Below are positions 44,820 to 55,355 of a stretch of DNA of 64,000 bases, piece by piece; position 1 is the stretch's first letter; the number at the start of each line of letters is the position of its first letter. The notes beneath the pieces are model-generated. The model was not told where the DNA came from. It saw nothing but the letters and a program-made list of their open reading frames with translations, and made no database searches. The translations under genes and the position numbers were made by a program. Origin of the DNA: Myxococcota bacterium (lineage in GTDB: Bacteria; Myxococcota_A; UBA9160; UBA4427). The stretch lies in assembly GCA_965250285.1 (NCBI GenBank), contig OZ252299.1:5952001-6016000 (forward strand), in the 5' to 3' direction.

Positions 44820-46280
44820 CTAGTCGCTCTCGTCTCGCTCTCGCGGGTGGGGCGGCCCCGTGCTGGCGAGAGGCTCGGGTGCGGCGAGCGATCCCGACCC
44901 GTTCGCTCCACTGCCGTAGAAGAAGTGATCGTCGGGGATCGTGGCTTGTGGGCTCGCATCCTCGTCGGAGCGACTGCGTACGCGAGCGGCCCCGGCATCG
45001 AGGGCCACGGCAAACGCCACCGCGTACCAGGTCATCCGCTCCCACGGATACTCGTTGAACATGCTCATCGTCATGCTCGCGACATAGCCCGCGAGGAAGA
45101 ACGGTCGCCAGTGCCGATAGACGGAGTCGTCCGTCGCGGCGAGGGGCCTCGCGAGCCGGTACACGATCATCCCCACCATCAGGACGAAGGGAATGATGCC
45201 GAGCACGCCTGCTTCGGCGAGCACGCCGAGGAACGCATTGTGTGCGCCGAACCCGATGCCGTTCGGGTTGAGCGCCGTCGTTCCGTCGCCGACGCCGAGG
45301 AAGGGCGAGGTCGCCCAGATTCGCAGCGCGGCGCCGAACACCATGGTCCGCGTCAGCTCGGGGCCGTCGTCTCGAGCGGCGAGCTCGGGGAAGAAGCGGG
45401 CGATCAGCGCATCGAGGAAGCCGGCCTGTTCGAGCACCAGCACGACGATCCCGACCGTGATCACGCCGCCGAGGGCGGTGAAGAACACCTGTGCCGGGCG
45501 AAGTCGGCTGATGTACGGCAGGACGAGCAGGCCGCCCACGCCGAAGCCGAGGATCGCAGATCGGCTCATCGTCGCGAAGATGCTGCCAGCGATGATGATC
45601 AGGCAGGTGAAAGCAACCACTTTGCCGCGAGCCTGGGGCGAGGTGAACCAGCCGAGCGCGACGAAGGCGGGTGTCAGCAACCAGTTGCCGGTCGCATTGA
45701 TCGAGATGCCGCCGCCGTGAAACCGCAGCTCGTGAATGACCGCCTCCTCGGCAGAGAGGCCGATCGCACCGCCGTACGTGTCTGCAGCGCCGGGCAGTGA
45801 GCGGATGCCGAGATAGAAGTCGAGGAGAGACATCACGGCGAAGACGGCGAAGCTCACGACCACGACCCGATTCATCAGCTCGAGGTGCTTTCCGTTTCGC
45901 ATCGACCATGCAAAGACGCCGAGGACGAGCAGAACCGTGAGCTTTCTTGCGAACTGGATCAGCGCCATCATGCCGATCTGGTTGATCGCGATCAGATGCG
46001 AGATCGACAGCACCGCGAGCAAGACGATGAACATCACCTGGATCTGCGTACCGGCGAAGATCCGCACCCAGACGGCCGGCGAGTTTCGCACCAGCAACGC
46101 GACGACCGGTACGAACGTGATCAAATTGCCGACGTTGCCGAAGACGAGGAAGAGCCCGTCGAAGGGCGTGACCGCGGCGAGCACGAGCCCCGGGCCGGCC
46201 GGGTGGAAGAGCATGAACGCCGCGCCGACCGTGCCGAACACGACCGCAGCGAGGATCTTGGCGAACAGGGTGGTCGTCAT
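44820..46280 (-). CDS. O-antigen ligase/Wzy polymerase family membrane protein
   Basis: Multiple TM segments, TMSRSA, PFLGVG and AHNAFLGVLAEAG motifs. Confidence 0.85.
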   Translation of the reverse strand: MTTTLFAKILAAVVFGTVGAAFMLFHPAGPGLVLAAVTPFDGLFLVFGNVGNLITFVPVVALLVRNSPAVWVRIFAGTQIQVMFIVLLAVLSISHLIAINQIGMMALIQFARKLTVLLVLGVFAWSMRNGKHLELMNRVVVVSFAVFAVMSLLDFYLGIRSLPGAADTYGGAIGLSAEEAVIHELRFHGGGISINATGNWLLTPAFVALGWFTSPQARGKVVAFTCLIIIAGSIFATMSRSAILGFGVGGLLVLPYISRLRPAQVFFTALGGVITVGIVVLVLEQAGFLDALIARFFPELAARDDGPELTRTMVFGAALRIWATSPFLGVGDGTTALNPNGIGFGAHNAFLGVLAEAGVLGIIPFVLMVGMIVYRLARPLAATDDSVYRHWRPFFLAGYVASMTMSMFNEYPWERMTWYAVAFAVALDAGAARVRSRSDEDASPQATIPDDHFFYGSGANGSGSLAAPEPLASTGPPHPRERDESD

Positions 46281-46489
46281 GATTGGTCGAGGGGCTCTTC
46301 CCGCCCGTCATTGCGGTCGGATCGTGGGATCGGCCGAAGCGGCTCCGCCGACGACTTCGTATCGGGCGGCCGCGGGCGGCGACGGAGTATAAACCGCCTC
46401 GCTGCTGGAGCTTGGGCGCGGCGGATGCACATCACCGACCACACCGGCGGGGTCGCGCGCAACGCTGACCCCCGTGGGTGAGTCGAGCG

Positions 46490-47362
46490 CTACAGGTCGC
46501 CGAAGTGGATCAACTCGATCCCCATGTCGCGGATGCGCTGCTTCACGTCCTCGTCGAAGCAGATCGGCGTGTCTTCGGCCCAGGTCCGGCGCCGCCACTC
46601 CGAGGGATCCTCGTCGGCGCTGAAGCGCCCGGGGTGGAGCAGGATCTCGGACACGCCGCGCGGCACCGCCGAAATGCACGCGAGGATCTCCGACTTGGGA
46701 TCGCTCGCTGCGGGCACGCCCATCGAGCGCGTCGCCTTCCACCGCGGTGTCGTGATTCCGTTCAGCTTGAACATCACGTGACTCCAAGCATGAATCGCGA
46801 TGCTCGGCGCGCGTCGTGCGTTCTTGGTCGCCCAGATCTTCCAGCCCGCGAGACCGCTGCCGGGTACGCGCCGATGCCGGCTCAGCGTCGTCCGGGCGCG
46901 CGGGACGCCGTGGCGCTTGAGAACGCGGCAGAGCGCCTGGCGCACGATCGGCATCTTGTTGATGCCGTGGTGGCTGTCGAAGTGCGTGGGCCGGATCCCG
47001 AGTGCGAGCGCGCGCTGCATCTGCGCCTCGACTTCGATCTCGACCTGTGCCTTCAGGTGACCGGCGCGCCACAGGTTCTTGCCCTGGGCCGCGTTGCCCG
47101 GGAAGAGCCCGTCCTCGCCGAGCAAGCCGCCGACCTGCTCGGCCGGCGCAGTGGGCGCGCCCTCGGTCAGGTTCAGGTGGACGCCGATCCCCAACCCGGG
47201 GACGCTCGGCGCCAGGTCGGCTGCGTACTTGGCCGCGGGCATGTTCACCATCAGCGTGGTGCTCGTGATGATCCCGTCGCGGTGGGCGTCGATGATCGCA
47301 TCCGTGACGCCCTCGCTGAAACCGAAGTCGTCGGCGTTCACGATGAGCCTGCGCGCAGACAT
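46490..47362 (-). CDS. ChbG/HpnK (YdjC) family carbohydrate deacetylase
   Basis: LIVNADDFG, GVHLNLTEG, HFDSHH and EILLHPG motifs. Confidence 0.9.
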   Translation of the reverse strand: MSARRLIVNADDFGFSEGVTDAIIDAHRDGIITSTTLMVNMPAAKYAADLAPSVPGLGIGVHLNLTEGAPTAPAEQVGGLLGEDGLFPGNAAQGKNLWRAGHLKAQVEIEVEAQMQRALALGIRPTHFDSHHGINKMPIVRQALCRVLKRHGVPRARTTLSRHRRVPGSGLAGWKIWATKNARRAPSIAIHAWSHVMFKLNGITTPRWKATRSMGVPAASDPKSEILACISAVPRGVSEILLHPGRFSADEDPSEWRRRTWAEDTPICFDEDVKQRIRDMGIELIHFGDL

Positions 47363-47627
47363 GGTGCGGACACTCCTGGATGGACCTTCGTGCGCGTCGA
47401 TGCGTCGCACGGTGGGGGCGCTCGGGATGCGAGCGCGGGGTCGGGCGAAGCCGTGCGCCCGGCGTGGGCCGAGCGCCCGAGTATAGAGGCTTCCATCGAC
47501 CGGACCGCCGCTCGACTTCTGCATCGGGTAGATCGCGATCGAATTCGCGTGCCGTTCGACTGATGTCGGAACCGTTCCAGTCGCGCCCGCCCGAGCCGAT
47601 GAATGAGATCGGGGCACGCAACACCGG

Positions 47628-47636
47628 TGCTAGCTT
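47628..47636 (+). promoter_or_regulatory. Extended -10 element TGCTAGCTT upstream of GT4
   Basis: TGnTAnnnT match 50 nt before the ATG; identical to 30221-30229. Confidence 0.5.
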
Positions 47637-47686
47637 CCGACCCCGCTCGACGGCGTGCGCCGGCCGAGATCGACCTGGAGTGAACG

Positions 47687-48913
47687 ATGGCGCCGCGCCG
47701 CCTGCGCATGCTGATCATCAGCCAGAACTATCCGCAAGCTCAGCGCGAGTGGGCCGGCGAGTTCATCGTGCGCCAGGCGCGCTACCTCGAGGCGGAGGGC
47801 TTCGACAGCGAGTTCATCGTGCCGCGCCCCTGGGCGCCCTGGCCGCTTCATCTGCTGCCCCGCTGGCGGCAGTACGGCCCCGAGAATCCGCTCCTCGCGC
47901 AGCCCGGCCTCGAGGCGAACTGGGTCGGCTACATCCGTCCCCCCTCGGCCCGTTTCATCACGACCGAGGGGCGCTTCATGGGGCGTTCGGTGCTGCGGCT
48001 CGCACGCCGAATGCATCGCGCCCGCCCCTTCGATCTGGTCTGGGCCGCGCAGATGAACGGCGAAGCGCCCACGGCCATTCGCGTGGGCGAAGCGCTCGGT
48101 CTGCCGGTGGCCGTGATGTCGATCGGGACCGACATCATGGTGTTGCCCGATCGGGTGCCGGCGCTTCGGGCGATTCATGCGCGGGTCCTCGAGCAAACCG
48201 ATCTCGCCATCGCCGTCTCGCCCGAGATCGCGCGCCGCATGAAGACGTTCGCGACGCTGAAGCGGCCGCCGTTCGTCGCACGGCTCGCCCGCGATCCGTC
48301 GGCCTTTCGACCGGCGTCGGATCGGGCCGCCGTGCGGGCCGCCCACGGGATCGAGCCCGAAGACCGGCTGGCCGTGTTCGTCGGTCGCGTCGAGACTGCG
48401 AAGGGCATGGAGGATCTGCTGTCGATCCTCCCGAGCGTCCTACGCCGCCACCCGCGGCTTCGCTTCGCGCTGCTCGGCGACGGCGCGCTCCGCGGCGCAC
48501 TCGTCGCGGCGGGTGATGCGGTTCGCCCGGGGGCCGTCTTGGCCCCTGGACGGGTCGATCCGGGCGAGGTGCCCGGCTGGCTGCAGTCGAGCGACTTCAT
48601 GGTCTTTCCCTCGCACAGCGAGGGATTGCCTCAGGCGGTGCTCGAGGCGATGAACTGCGGGCTCGCGGTCATCGCGACGGATGTCGGCGGCACGGCCGAG
48701 GCGGTCCTCGAGGGGCGAACGGGTCTGCTCGTTCCGTCGCGCGATCCGGCTCGGCTCGAGGCCGCGATCGACGCGCTCGTCACCGATGAAGCGACGCGCG
48801 CGCAGATGGGTGAGGCCGGGCTCGCGCACGCACTCGCCGAGTTCGATCCGCTCGTGCATACGAAGCGGCTCGCCGATGCACTTCGATCGATCGTCGAGGC
48901 CGAGGGTCGTTGA
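47687..48913 (+). CDS. GT4 family glycosyltransferase (TuaC-like)
   Basis: FVGRVETAKG and PSHSEGLPQAVLEAM motifs. Confidence 0.88.
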   Translation: MAPRRLRMLIISQNYPQAQREWAGEFIVRQARYLEAEGFDSEFIVPRPWAPWPLHLLPRWRQYGPENPLLAQPGLEANWVGYIRPPSARFITTEGRFMGRSVLRLARRMHRARPFDLVWAAQMNGEAPTAIRVGEALGLPVAVMSIGTDIMVLPDRVPALRAIHARVLEQTDLAIAVSPEIARRMKTFATLKRPPFVARLARDPSAFRPASDRAAVRAAHGIEPEDRLAVFVGRVETAKGMEDLLSILPSVLRRHPRLRFALLGDGALRGALVAAGDAVRPGAVLAPGRVDPGEVPGWLQSSDFMVFPSHSEGLPQAVLEAMNCGLAVIATDVGGTAEAVLEGRTGLLVPSRDPARLEAAIDALVTDEATRAQMGEAGLAHALAEFDPLVHTKRLADALRSIVEAEGR

Positions 48914-48937
48914 GCGCGCGACGCCTCGCCGAATCGG

Positions 48938-51349
48938 TCAGGAGCCGTTCGATTCGGCCAGGATCGCGGTGATCCGCCGGGAGGCTTCGAGCCGAATCTC
49001 GTCGAGCGCGTTGCCGTCGAGCCGTCTCGAGAGCGCGTCGACGAGGGGCGCCTCGCCTCGCGTGCCCGTGCGGCCCACCCCGAACTCGAGGCCTGTGTCG
49101 AGGTCGACGACGCCGGCCCCTTGCTTGCCGCGCTGCTTCGACCTCGACTTGCTCGGATCCTCGACCTTCGCGTCGAGGGTCAACGCATCGATCGAGGCCA
49201 GCCACTCGAGGTCGGCGGCGTAGCGTTCGGGATCGCGGCGCGCGAGCGACTCGAGGTAGGCGAGCGTGCGCAAGTCCTCGTGGCCCTCGCGCATGAACTC
49301 GAAGACGAGCGTCGTCGCCATCCCCGTACTTCCCCCGGGCTCGGGGAAGGCAAAGCCGAGGTCGGCGCGCGCCGAGTCGTCGTCGTCGTAGGGGTTGCCT
49401 TCGTAGTCCTGGAACGTCCAAGGCGCATTGAGGACGAACGGGCTCGCGCGAAGGTAGATCCCGTTGATGATCCGACCCCAGATCGGCGGCGAGAACGAGC
49501 CGCGGAGGTTGTGATAGAACCACGCCTCGTCGCCTGCCTCCTGCAGCTCGTCGGCGTACTCCTGCATCGTATGCCCCCGCGCGAGCCACCACTCGAACGT
49601 GTACCCGTGGTGGCCGCGAATGTCGACGTACGGGGCGATGCGCCGGCGCTGGCCGTCGGCTGCGGGATTCAAGGTGTGAAAGGTGGCGTAGATCCGCGGG
49701 TAGTCGGCCTTCTGGGCCACACGCGACAGGCGAATGTACGGATCGAGCCGATCGTGGTTGAATACCTCGTCGAGGTGCGTGACGACGATCTCGCCGGGGA
49801 ATCGCGCGTCGAGCTCGCGAATCAGCGCGGCGCCCTGGCGCGCGGCCGCGACCATCTCCGACTCTTGCCCCTTCTCGAACAAGCGCGCGAGCTGTTTGAA
49901 CCCGTCGTCGACGACGATGGTGTGCTCGAAGCCCGCCTCCGTGGCGGCCTCGACGAAGCGATCGAGGCCGACGGCGTGGACCTTGATCTCGCCGTCGCGT
50001 CGCGCCCATTGCAGGCGGAAGTCGACCAGGAGGTCGGTCACCCCATGCGCCCGCAGCAGGGCGAGCTCTTCGGCGAGCCGATCGGGCTCGATCAGGCGAC
50101 GCGAAGCCTTGTAGTACATCCCCATCCGCTTCTGGTCGGTGTCTGGCAGCTCGAACGGATGGACTTCGACGCGCAGCGGGATCTTCGTCGCCGGCACGCC
50201 CGCGACCTCGATCGTGATCTCTCCCTCGTGCACGCCTGCAGGTGCATCTTCGGGCACGTCGAAGGTCAACCACAGCTCGCGCATCTCGCCGCTCGGCACA
50301 CCCAGCGTGTCGGCTGACACCAGAAAACGATCGACGACCTCGGTGTCGCCGCGCTTTCCGTTGTACAAGCGGCGCATGGGTGCGCGGACGACACGGTGAA
50401 CGTCGAGCTCGAGGCCCGGCAAAGGCGGCTCTTCCATCTGCACGCGCACCCCGCCGAGATCTTGCAGCGCATAGAGCGCGAGCTTGGCCGGCTGGCGCTC
50501 GCCCCGGGCACTGTGAATCGAGATGGAAGGCGTCGAAGCGGGCGGAAGGCGACGCGGCGCCGGGTCAGCGGGGTGCGTCATAGACAGCCGGAAGGGCTCG
50601 TCGAGCTTCGTGGTGCCCACCTCGAAGCGCCACGCGTCGTTCGGCTCGACCAGGCGGTAGCGACGGGTCGCCCGATTCGGGCCCGGCTCTCGACCGGCTT
50701 CGACGACCGGTCCCGGATAGCGACGGATGTCCGAGATGCGCAGCTCGTCGATGCTGAAGTCACCCATCCCGATCGACAGCCGCTTGGCCGGGTTGTCCAT
50801 CGGCAGCGCCATCGCGGGCGAACCGATCAGCTCGCCATCGACGCGCAGCTCGATCTGGCCGTCGTCCCAGATCACGGCCACGTGGTGCCACTTGCCGGTC
50901 TCGAGTGTGCCGTCGGGCAGGTTGCGACGAACCCAGCGCGGATCGTCCTTGTCACCGCCCATGATCGCGACGCCGAATCGACCTCGCGCGTCCCGGTTGA
51001 CGTAGAGCCGGTCGGTTCCGCTCGAGAAGATCGAGACGATCGAATCGGCGTGTCGCGAGTCGGGATCCCACTCGGGCCGAAAGGAGAACTCGAGCGTGCC
51101 GGTCTTGCTGTTCCAGGCCTCGGGCATCAGGGGGAAGTCGACGCGCGTTCGGTCGGCCAGTCGCAGGGCCCCACCAAGCCAGCCATTCGCGATCGGCTCG
51201 GCGTCACCGAAGGGCTCGCCCGTCACGTACCCGTAGTTGGGTTGCCGCTCGTCGTCGAAGCTCGCGTAGAAAGTCGTCGCACCGTCGACGGCGGGCGCGC
51301 CGCCGAAGGGCAGAGCGGCTGCGGCGGCTGCGAGCAGGTGAAGCCACAT
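48938..51349 (-). CDS. Secreted LamG/concanavalin-domain protein with putative glycoside hydrolase region
   Basis: Signal peptide; GTLEFSFRP, WHHVAVIWD and IDELRISD (LamG); ARGE...LWLTFDVPEDAPAGVHEGEI...LDE..NH...MREGHED resembles GH123-like proteins. Confidence 0.7.
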   Translation of the reverse strand: MWLHLLAAAAAALPFGGAPAVDGATTFYASFDDERQPNYGYVTGEPFGDAEPIANGWLGGALRLADRTRVDFPLMPEAWNSKTGTLEFSFRPEWDPDSRHADSIVSIFSSGTDRLYVNRDARGRFGVAIMGGDKDDPRWVRRNLPDGTLETGKWHHVAVIWDDGQIELRVDGELIGSPAMALPMDNPAKRLSIGMGDFSIDELRISDIRRYPGPVVEAGREPGPNRATRRYRLVEPNDAWRFEVGTTKLDEPFRLSMTHPADPAPRRLPPASTPSISIHSARGERQPAKLALYALQDLGGVRVQMEEPPLPGLELDVHRVVRAPMRRLYNGKRGDTEVVDRFLVSADTLGVPSGEMRELWLTFDVPEDAPAGVHEGEITIEVAGVPATKIPLRVEVHPFELPDTDQKRMGMYYKASRRLIEPDRLAEELALLRAHGVTDLLVDFRLQWARRDGEIKVHAVGLDRFVEAATEAGFEHTIVVDDGFKQLARLFEKGQESEMVAAARQGAALIRELDARFPGEIVVTHLDEVFNHDRLDPYIRLSRVAQKADYPRIYATFHTLNPAADGQRRRIAPYVDIRGHHGYTFEWWLARGHTMQEYADELQEAGDEAWFYHNLRGSFSPPIWGRIINGIYLRASPFVLNAPWTFQDYEGNPYDDDDSARADLGFAFPEPGGSTGMATTLVFEFMREGHEDLRTLAYLESLARRDPERYAADLEWLASIDALTLDAKVEDPSKSRSKQRGKQGAGVVDLDTGLEFGVGRTGTRGEAPLVDALSRRLDGNALDEIRLEASRRITAILAESNGS

Positions 51350-51369
51350 GCGGGGGGAGTCTCCTCAGC

Positions 51370-52614
51370 TCAGCGCGCTGAGCCGGTGTCGTGCACGACC
51401 GCGTCGAGGGCGCCGAGCAGCTTCTCGGCCAGCGCGCTCCGACGGTACTCGGTTTCGACGAAGCGCCGCCCACGGTCGCCGAGCTGCGCCGCGAGCGCAT
51501 CATCGTCGCGCAGTCGCTCGAGCACGCCCACCATCGCCTCGGCGTCCTCGGGTGGGAACGCGATGCCGCAGGCGCCGTCGTCCACGACGATGCGCTTCGC
51601 CTCGCCGCGCACGCCCAGCACGATGGGGCGCCGAAGCGCCATCGCCTCGAAGATCTTCGAAGGAATCACCGTCTCGAAGACCGGCGTGTCGCGCAAGACC
51701 ACGAGCGATGCATCGCTCGCCGCGAGCACCTCGAGGGCAGCCTGACGCGGCCCACCCTCGATCAGGGTGACGTTCTTCGCCCCCACCTCGCCGAGACGTG
51801 CCCGAATCGAGTCGCGGTCGGCGCCGTTGCCCATGATGACGTAGTGCAGGGTCGGATCGTCCCGAGTGAGCTCGGCGGCGTCGAGGACGATGCCCACGCC
51901 GTGGGCCATGCCGACGGTGCCGACGAAGCTCGACACGAATGCGTCTTTAGGGATTCCGTAGCGGTCGCGCGTCTCGTCGGGCGAGGCGCTGATCGTGAAC
52001 GAGTCGGGGTCGATCCCATTGGTCACGGTCTCGATGCGCTCGTCCGGCACGCCGAGCGCGCGCAGCCGCTCGGCGAAGACGCGCGTCACGGGCACGACCA
52101 GATCCGCGCTGCGGTACAGGAAGTGCGAGAAGTGCTCGAGCTGATCGAGCACGAAGCCGCCCGAAGAGGCCCCGACGGCCACGATGCTCTCGGGCCACAG
52201 ATCGCGCAGCTCGAAGACCCACGGGCGACGCTTGAGCCCGCCGACGACCCATCCAGCGACTGCGGTGAAGAACTGAGGTGAGGTCGCGACGACGACGTCG
52301 GGGCGACGCACGGCGAAGCTGCCGACGATCGCCGCGAACATGAAGCTCACGTAGTCGAGGATCCGCTTCGCGAAGCCCTGGTTCGCGGTGATGTAGGTCC
52401 ACACGCGAATCACTTCGATGCCGTCGATCGTTTCGCGCTGAAAGAGGCGGTTGCGGTAGCCGTCGAAGACTCGCCCGGTCGGGAAGTTCGGCGCACACGT
52501 CACCACCACGACATCGTGGCCCTGCTCGACCCATACGCGCGCATGTTCGTGCGTGCGGATCGCGGGTGCGTTCGACTCGGGCGGAAAGTTGTCCGTGAGG
52601 AAGAGGATCTTCAT
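51370..52614 (-). CDS. GT4 family glycosyltransferase (WbuB-like)
   Basis: MKILFLTDNFPPE, TSPQFF, ELRDLWPES and PSKIFEAM motifs. Confidence 0.9.
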   Translation of the reverse strand: MKILFLTDNFPPESNAPAIRTHEHARVWVEQGHDVVVVTCAPNFPTGRVFDGYRNRLFQRETIDGIEVIRVWTYITANQGFAKRILDYVSFMFAAIVGSFAVRRPDVVVATSPQFFTAVAGWVVGGLKRRPWVFELRDLWPESIVAVGASSGGFVLDQLEHFSHFLYRSADLVVPVTRVFAERLRALGVPDERIETVTNGIDPDSFTISASPDETRDRYGIPKDAFVSSFVGTVGMAHGVGIVLDAAELTRDDPTLHYVIMGNGADRDSIRARLGEVGAKNVTLIEGGPRQAALEVLAASDASLVVLRDTPVFETVIPSKIFEAMALRRPIVLGVRGEAKRIVVDDGACGIAFPPEDAEAMVGVLERLRDDDALAAQLGDRGRRFVETEYRRSALAEKLLGALDAVVHDTGSAR

Positions 52615-52663
52615 GGGGGCCCGGTCGCGCAGGGCCGCCGCCGCGCAGGCGGTCGGGCCTCGA

Positions 52664-53329
52664 TCAGAGAGGGACGTGAGGCGTCAGGTTCGGCATCGCC
52701 GTGGTCGCGAAACTCTCGAAGATGCGTTCGGCGTGCTCCTCGCCCCGTGTCCGGTCGAGCGGAATCGTGAGCCGCACGAGTGCCCCGTCCGTGCGGCCCT
52801 GCACGGCCCGGTCGACGAACATCCGGTACAGCCGCTCCCAATCCTGTGAGAACGCGTGCCCGCGCGACTGGTACCAGAAGTAGACGATCTGCCGGTAGGG
52901 CCCCTTGGCGATCGTGAAGCGCTTCGCCTCGCCGGGGAGACCGAAGTCGATCGGCACCGTACGGCTGTCGATGATGTCCCAGCCCGAGCCAGGCAGGCAG
53001 TGTTCGGGCGGATGGATGACGCTCGTGTCGCCCGAGTCGCTGCGTCGCTGGATCGCGTGATACCCGACGTAGAGGTTGACGAGCGAGGGTTCGTCGTCCT
53101 CTCCCGCTGCCGTGCTGCGGTAGTCGCAGAGCAGATAGTCGGTGACACCGAGATTCTCGATGACGTCCTCTTCGAGGACCGCGCGACCGTCGCAGCGCCA
53201 CTCGCCCATCTCGTCGGGGAACGACGCGAAGCTCTCGCGCGGCGGCACGACGTCTTCGGTCGCCAGGTAGTTGAACGTATAGAAGTTGAGCCCGATGAAG
53301 GCGATGGCGGCGATGAGCTTGGGGATCAC
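52664..53329 (-). CDS. epsI: Exosortase-associated EpsI family protein
   Basis: LYVGYH, IHPPEHCLPGSGW, YFWYQSRG and TDGALVR motifs; GTGA overlap with the exosortase. Confidence 0.88.
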   Translation of the reverse strand: MIPKLIAAIAFIGLNFYTFNYLATEDVVPPRESFASFPDEMGEWRCDGRAVLEEDVIENLGVTDYLLCDYRSTAAGEDDEPSLVNLYVGYHAIQRRSDSGDTSVIHPPEHCLPGSGWDIIDSRTVPIDFGLPGEAKRFTIAKGPYRQIVYFWYQSRGHAFSQDWERLYRMFVDRAVQGRTDGALVRLTIPLDRTRGEEHAERIFESFATTAMPNLTPHVPL

Positions 53330-54231
53330 GCGTTGGGGCTCCCTGCTCGACGGCGCGCATAGAGCCGCGCGCCGAAGTCGATGAGTCGCGCTTCGGCCAT
53401 GAGCAGCGCGAAAGCGACGGTGAACGTGATGATGCCCTGGAACTCGTGGATCACGCCCTGGGCCGTATGCAGACCGTAATGGTGCGCGAGAACGCCCGTG
53501 ATCGCGACGCGCCCCGCATTGACGACGACCGCGATCGGGATCGTCGAGAGGACGAGGATCGCCTGGGCCACGGGCTTGCCGCGCTCGAAGAAGTAGGCGA
53601 AGACGACGCCGAGCGTGACCAGCGCCATCAGCGACCGAAGGCCCGAGCACGCCTCGGCCACGAAGAGCTCGTTGTGAGCCAGATGGATGATGTTGCCCTC
53701 GACGAGGGCCGGGATTCCGATCAGGTGCAGGACGTCGACGGCCCAGCGCGCCGCGGTCAGCTGCAGCGGGAACGCGATGATGTTCACGAGGCTCTGGGGC
53801 AGCGGCACCATCAAGAAGAGAAAGAGGAGCGGGAATGCGACGATGCGGAAGACCCGCCAGCCGAGCAGCAGCAGCACGAGGCCGATGACGGTGAAGACGA
53901 AGCCGCTGCGCAGGGCCGTCAGCAGGTTGCCGAGCTGGCCGACGGCCAGCGAGAAGAGGCCGAGCGCGAGCGGGATCAGCCCCAGCCAGCTGCCTTCGAT
54001 CGGCGCCTTCGCGAGCTCACGGCGCTTCTCCCACGCGAAGTAGGCGGCGAGCGGAGCGACCAGGAACCCGTGCGAGTAGTCGGGATCCTTGCCCCAGTGG
54101 ATGATCATGTTGTGGAGGATCGGGAAGTAGACGATCGCGGTCAGCGCGACCAGGGCGGCGGTCGCGAGCGTCGCGTTGCGGCGGTCGTTCGGCGCCGCCA
54201 CGTCTTCCGGTCCTGCAGTGGTGCTGCTCAA
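53326..54231 (-). CDS. Exosortase (EpsH family)
   Basis: DYSHGFL, catalytic EACSGLRS, NAGRV and IHEFQG; multiple TM helices. Confidence 0.92.
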   Translation of the reverse strand: MSSTTAGPEDVAAPNDRRNATLATAALVALTAIVYFPILHNMIIHWGKDPDYSHGFLVAPLAAYFAWEKRRELAKAPIEGSWLGLIPLALGLFSLAVGQLGNLLTALRSGFVFTVIGLVLLLLGWRVFRIVAFPLLFLFLMVPLPQSLVNIIAFPLQLTAARWAVDVLHLIGIPALVEGNIIHLAHNELFVAEACSGLRSLMALVTLGVVFAYFFERGKPVAQAILVLSTIPIAVVVNAGRVAITGVLAHHYGLHTAQGVIHEFQGIITFTVAFALLMAEARLIDFGARLYARRRAGSPNA

Positions 54232-55355
54232 GCTCCACTCCTCAGATCACCCGCCAGAATCTCGACGATGCGCTCGGCCGTCGCTCCGTCCCAGAGCGGC
54301 GGGATGCGACCCGCCTTGCCACGACCGGCCAGGACCTCGTGCGCCGCCTTCAGGATCACCTCGGGATCGGTCCCGACCACCGTGTTGGTGCCGTCGGTCT
54401 CGGTGATCGGCCGCTCCGTCGAGTCGCGCAGGGTGAGGCAGGTGACGCCCAGCGCGGTCGTCTCCTCCTGGATGCCGCCCGAGTCGGTCAGGACGAGCTT
54501 CGCTCCGTCCATCATGCCGAGAAAGTCGAGGTAGCCCATCGGTTCTTCGAGACGCAGGTTGGGCAGCTCGCCGTCGAGCAGCGACTCGAACGCGGCGCGC
54601 GTGCGCGGGTGGACCGGAAACACGATCGGCAGGTCGCGGTGGATCTCTTCGAGCGCGCCGATCAGCGCCTTGAGCGCTCTCGGGTCGTCGACGTTGCTCG
54701 GCCGATGCAGCGTGAGCAGGCCGTAGCGGCCGCGCTCCAGCCCGAGGCGCGTCGGCGCATCGATCTCACGCGCGCGCTCGACGTTTCGCAGCAGCGTGTC
54801 GATCATGACGTTGCCCACGAGATGCACGCGATCCTCGTCGACGCCCTCGGCGACGAGGTTCTCATTGCCCTCGGCTTCGGTCGTGAAGAGCCAGGTCGAA
54901 ACCGAGTCGGTGAGGATCCGGTTGATCTCTTCGGGCATCTCGCGGTCGCGCGAACGCAGCCCCGCCTCGACGTGCGCGACCGGGATGTGGAGCTTGACGG
55001 CTGCCAGGGTCGCGGCGAGGGTCGAGTTGACGTCGCCGACGACCAGCACCACGTGCGGCCGCCGCTCGATCAGGAGCTTCTCGATCTCGATCAGGACGCG
55101 GCCGGTCTGTTCGCCATGGCTGCCCGAGCCGATCCCCAGGTTCACGTCCGGTTCGGGGATGCCGAGGTCGCGAAAGAACGACTCCGACATCGCCGCGTCG
55201 TAGTGCTGGCCCGTGTGCACCAAGAAGGGCTCGAAGCGCGGATCGGCCTGCATCGCGTGCATGAGCGGCGCGATCTTCATGAAGTTGGGGCGCGCGCCCG
55301 CGACGGCGAGAACCGAGTAGGGGGGCGTCCCGGAGTTTTGCTGGGCGGCGGTCAT
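54228..55355 (-). CDS. wecB: UDP-N-acetylglucosamine 2-epimerase (non-hydrolysing)
   Basis: GARPNFMK, HTGQHYD, HVEAGLRS, PEEINR and TDSGGIQEE motifs. Confidence 0.95.
   Translation of the reverse strand: MTAAQQNSGTPPYSVLAVAGARPNFMKIAPLMHAMQADPRFEPFLVHTGQHYDAAMSESFFRDLGIPEPDVNLGIGSGSHGEQTGRVLIEIEKLLIERRPHVVLVVGDVNSTLAATLAAVKLHIPVAHVEAGLRSRDREMPEEINRILTDSVSTWLFTTEAEGNENLVAEGVDEDRVHLVGNVMIDTLLRNVERAREIDAPTRLGLERGRYGLLTLHRPSNVDDPRALKALIGALEEIHRDLPIVFPVHPRTRAAFESLLDGELPNLRLEEPMGYLDFLGMMDGAKLVLTDSGGIQEETTALGVTCLTLRDSTERPITETDGTNTVVGTDPEVILKAAHEVLAGRGKAGRIPPLWDGATAERIVEILAGDLRSGA

Noticed and set aside
49325..49355. FPEP motif in the LamG protein as a PEP-CTERM signal
   Set aside because: It is internal (about 130 aa from the end) and is not followed by a TM helix and basic cluster.
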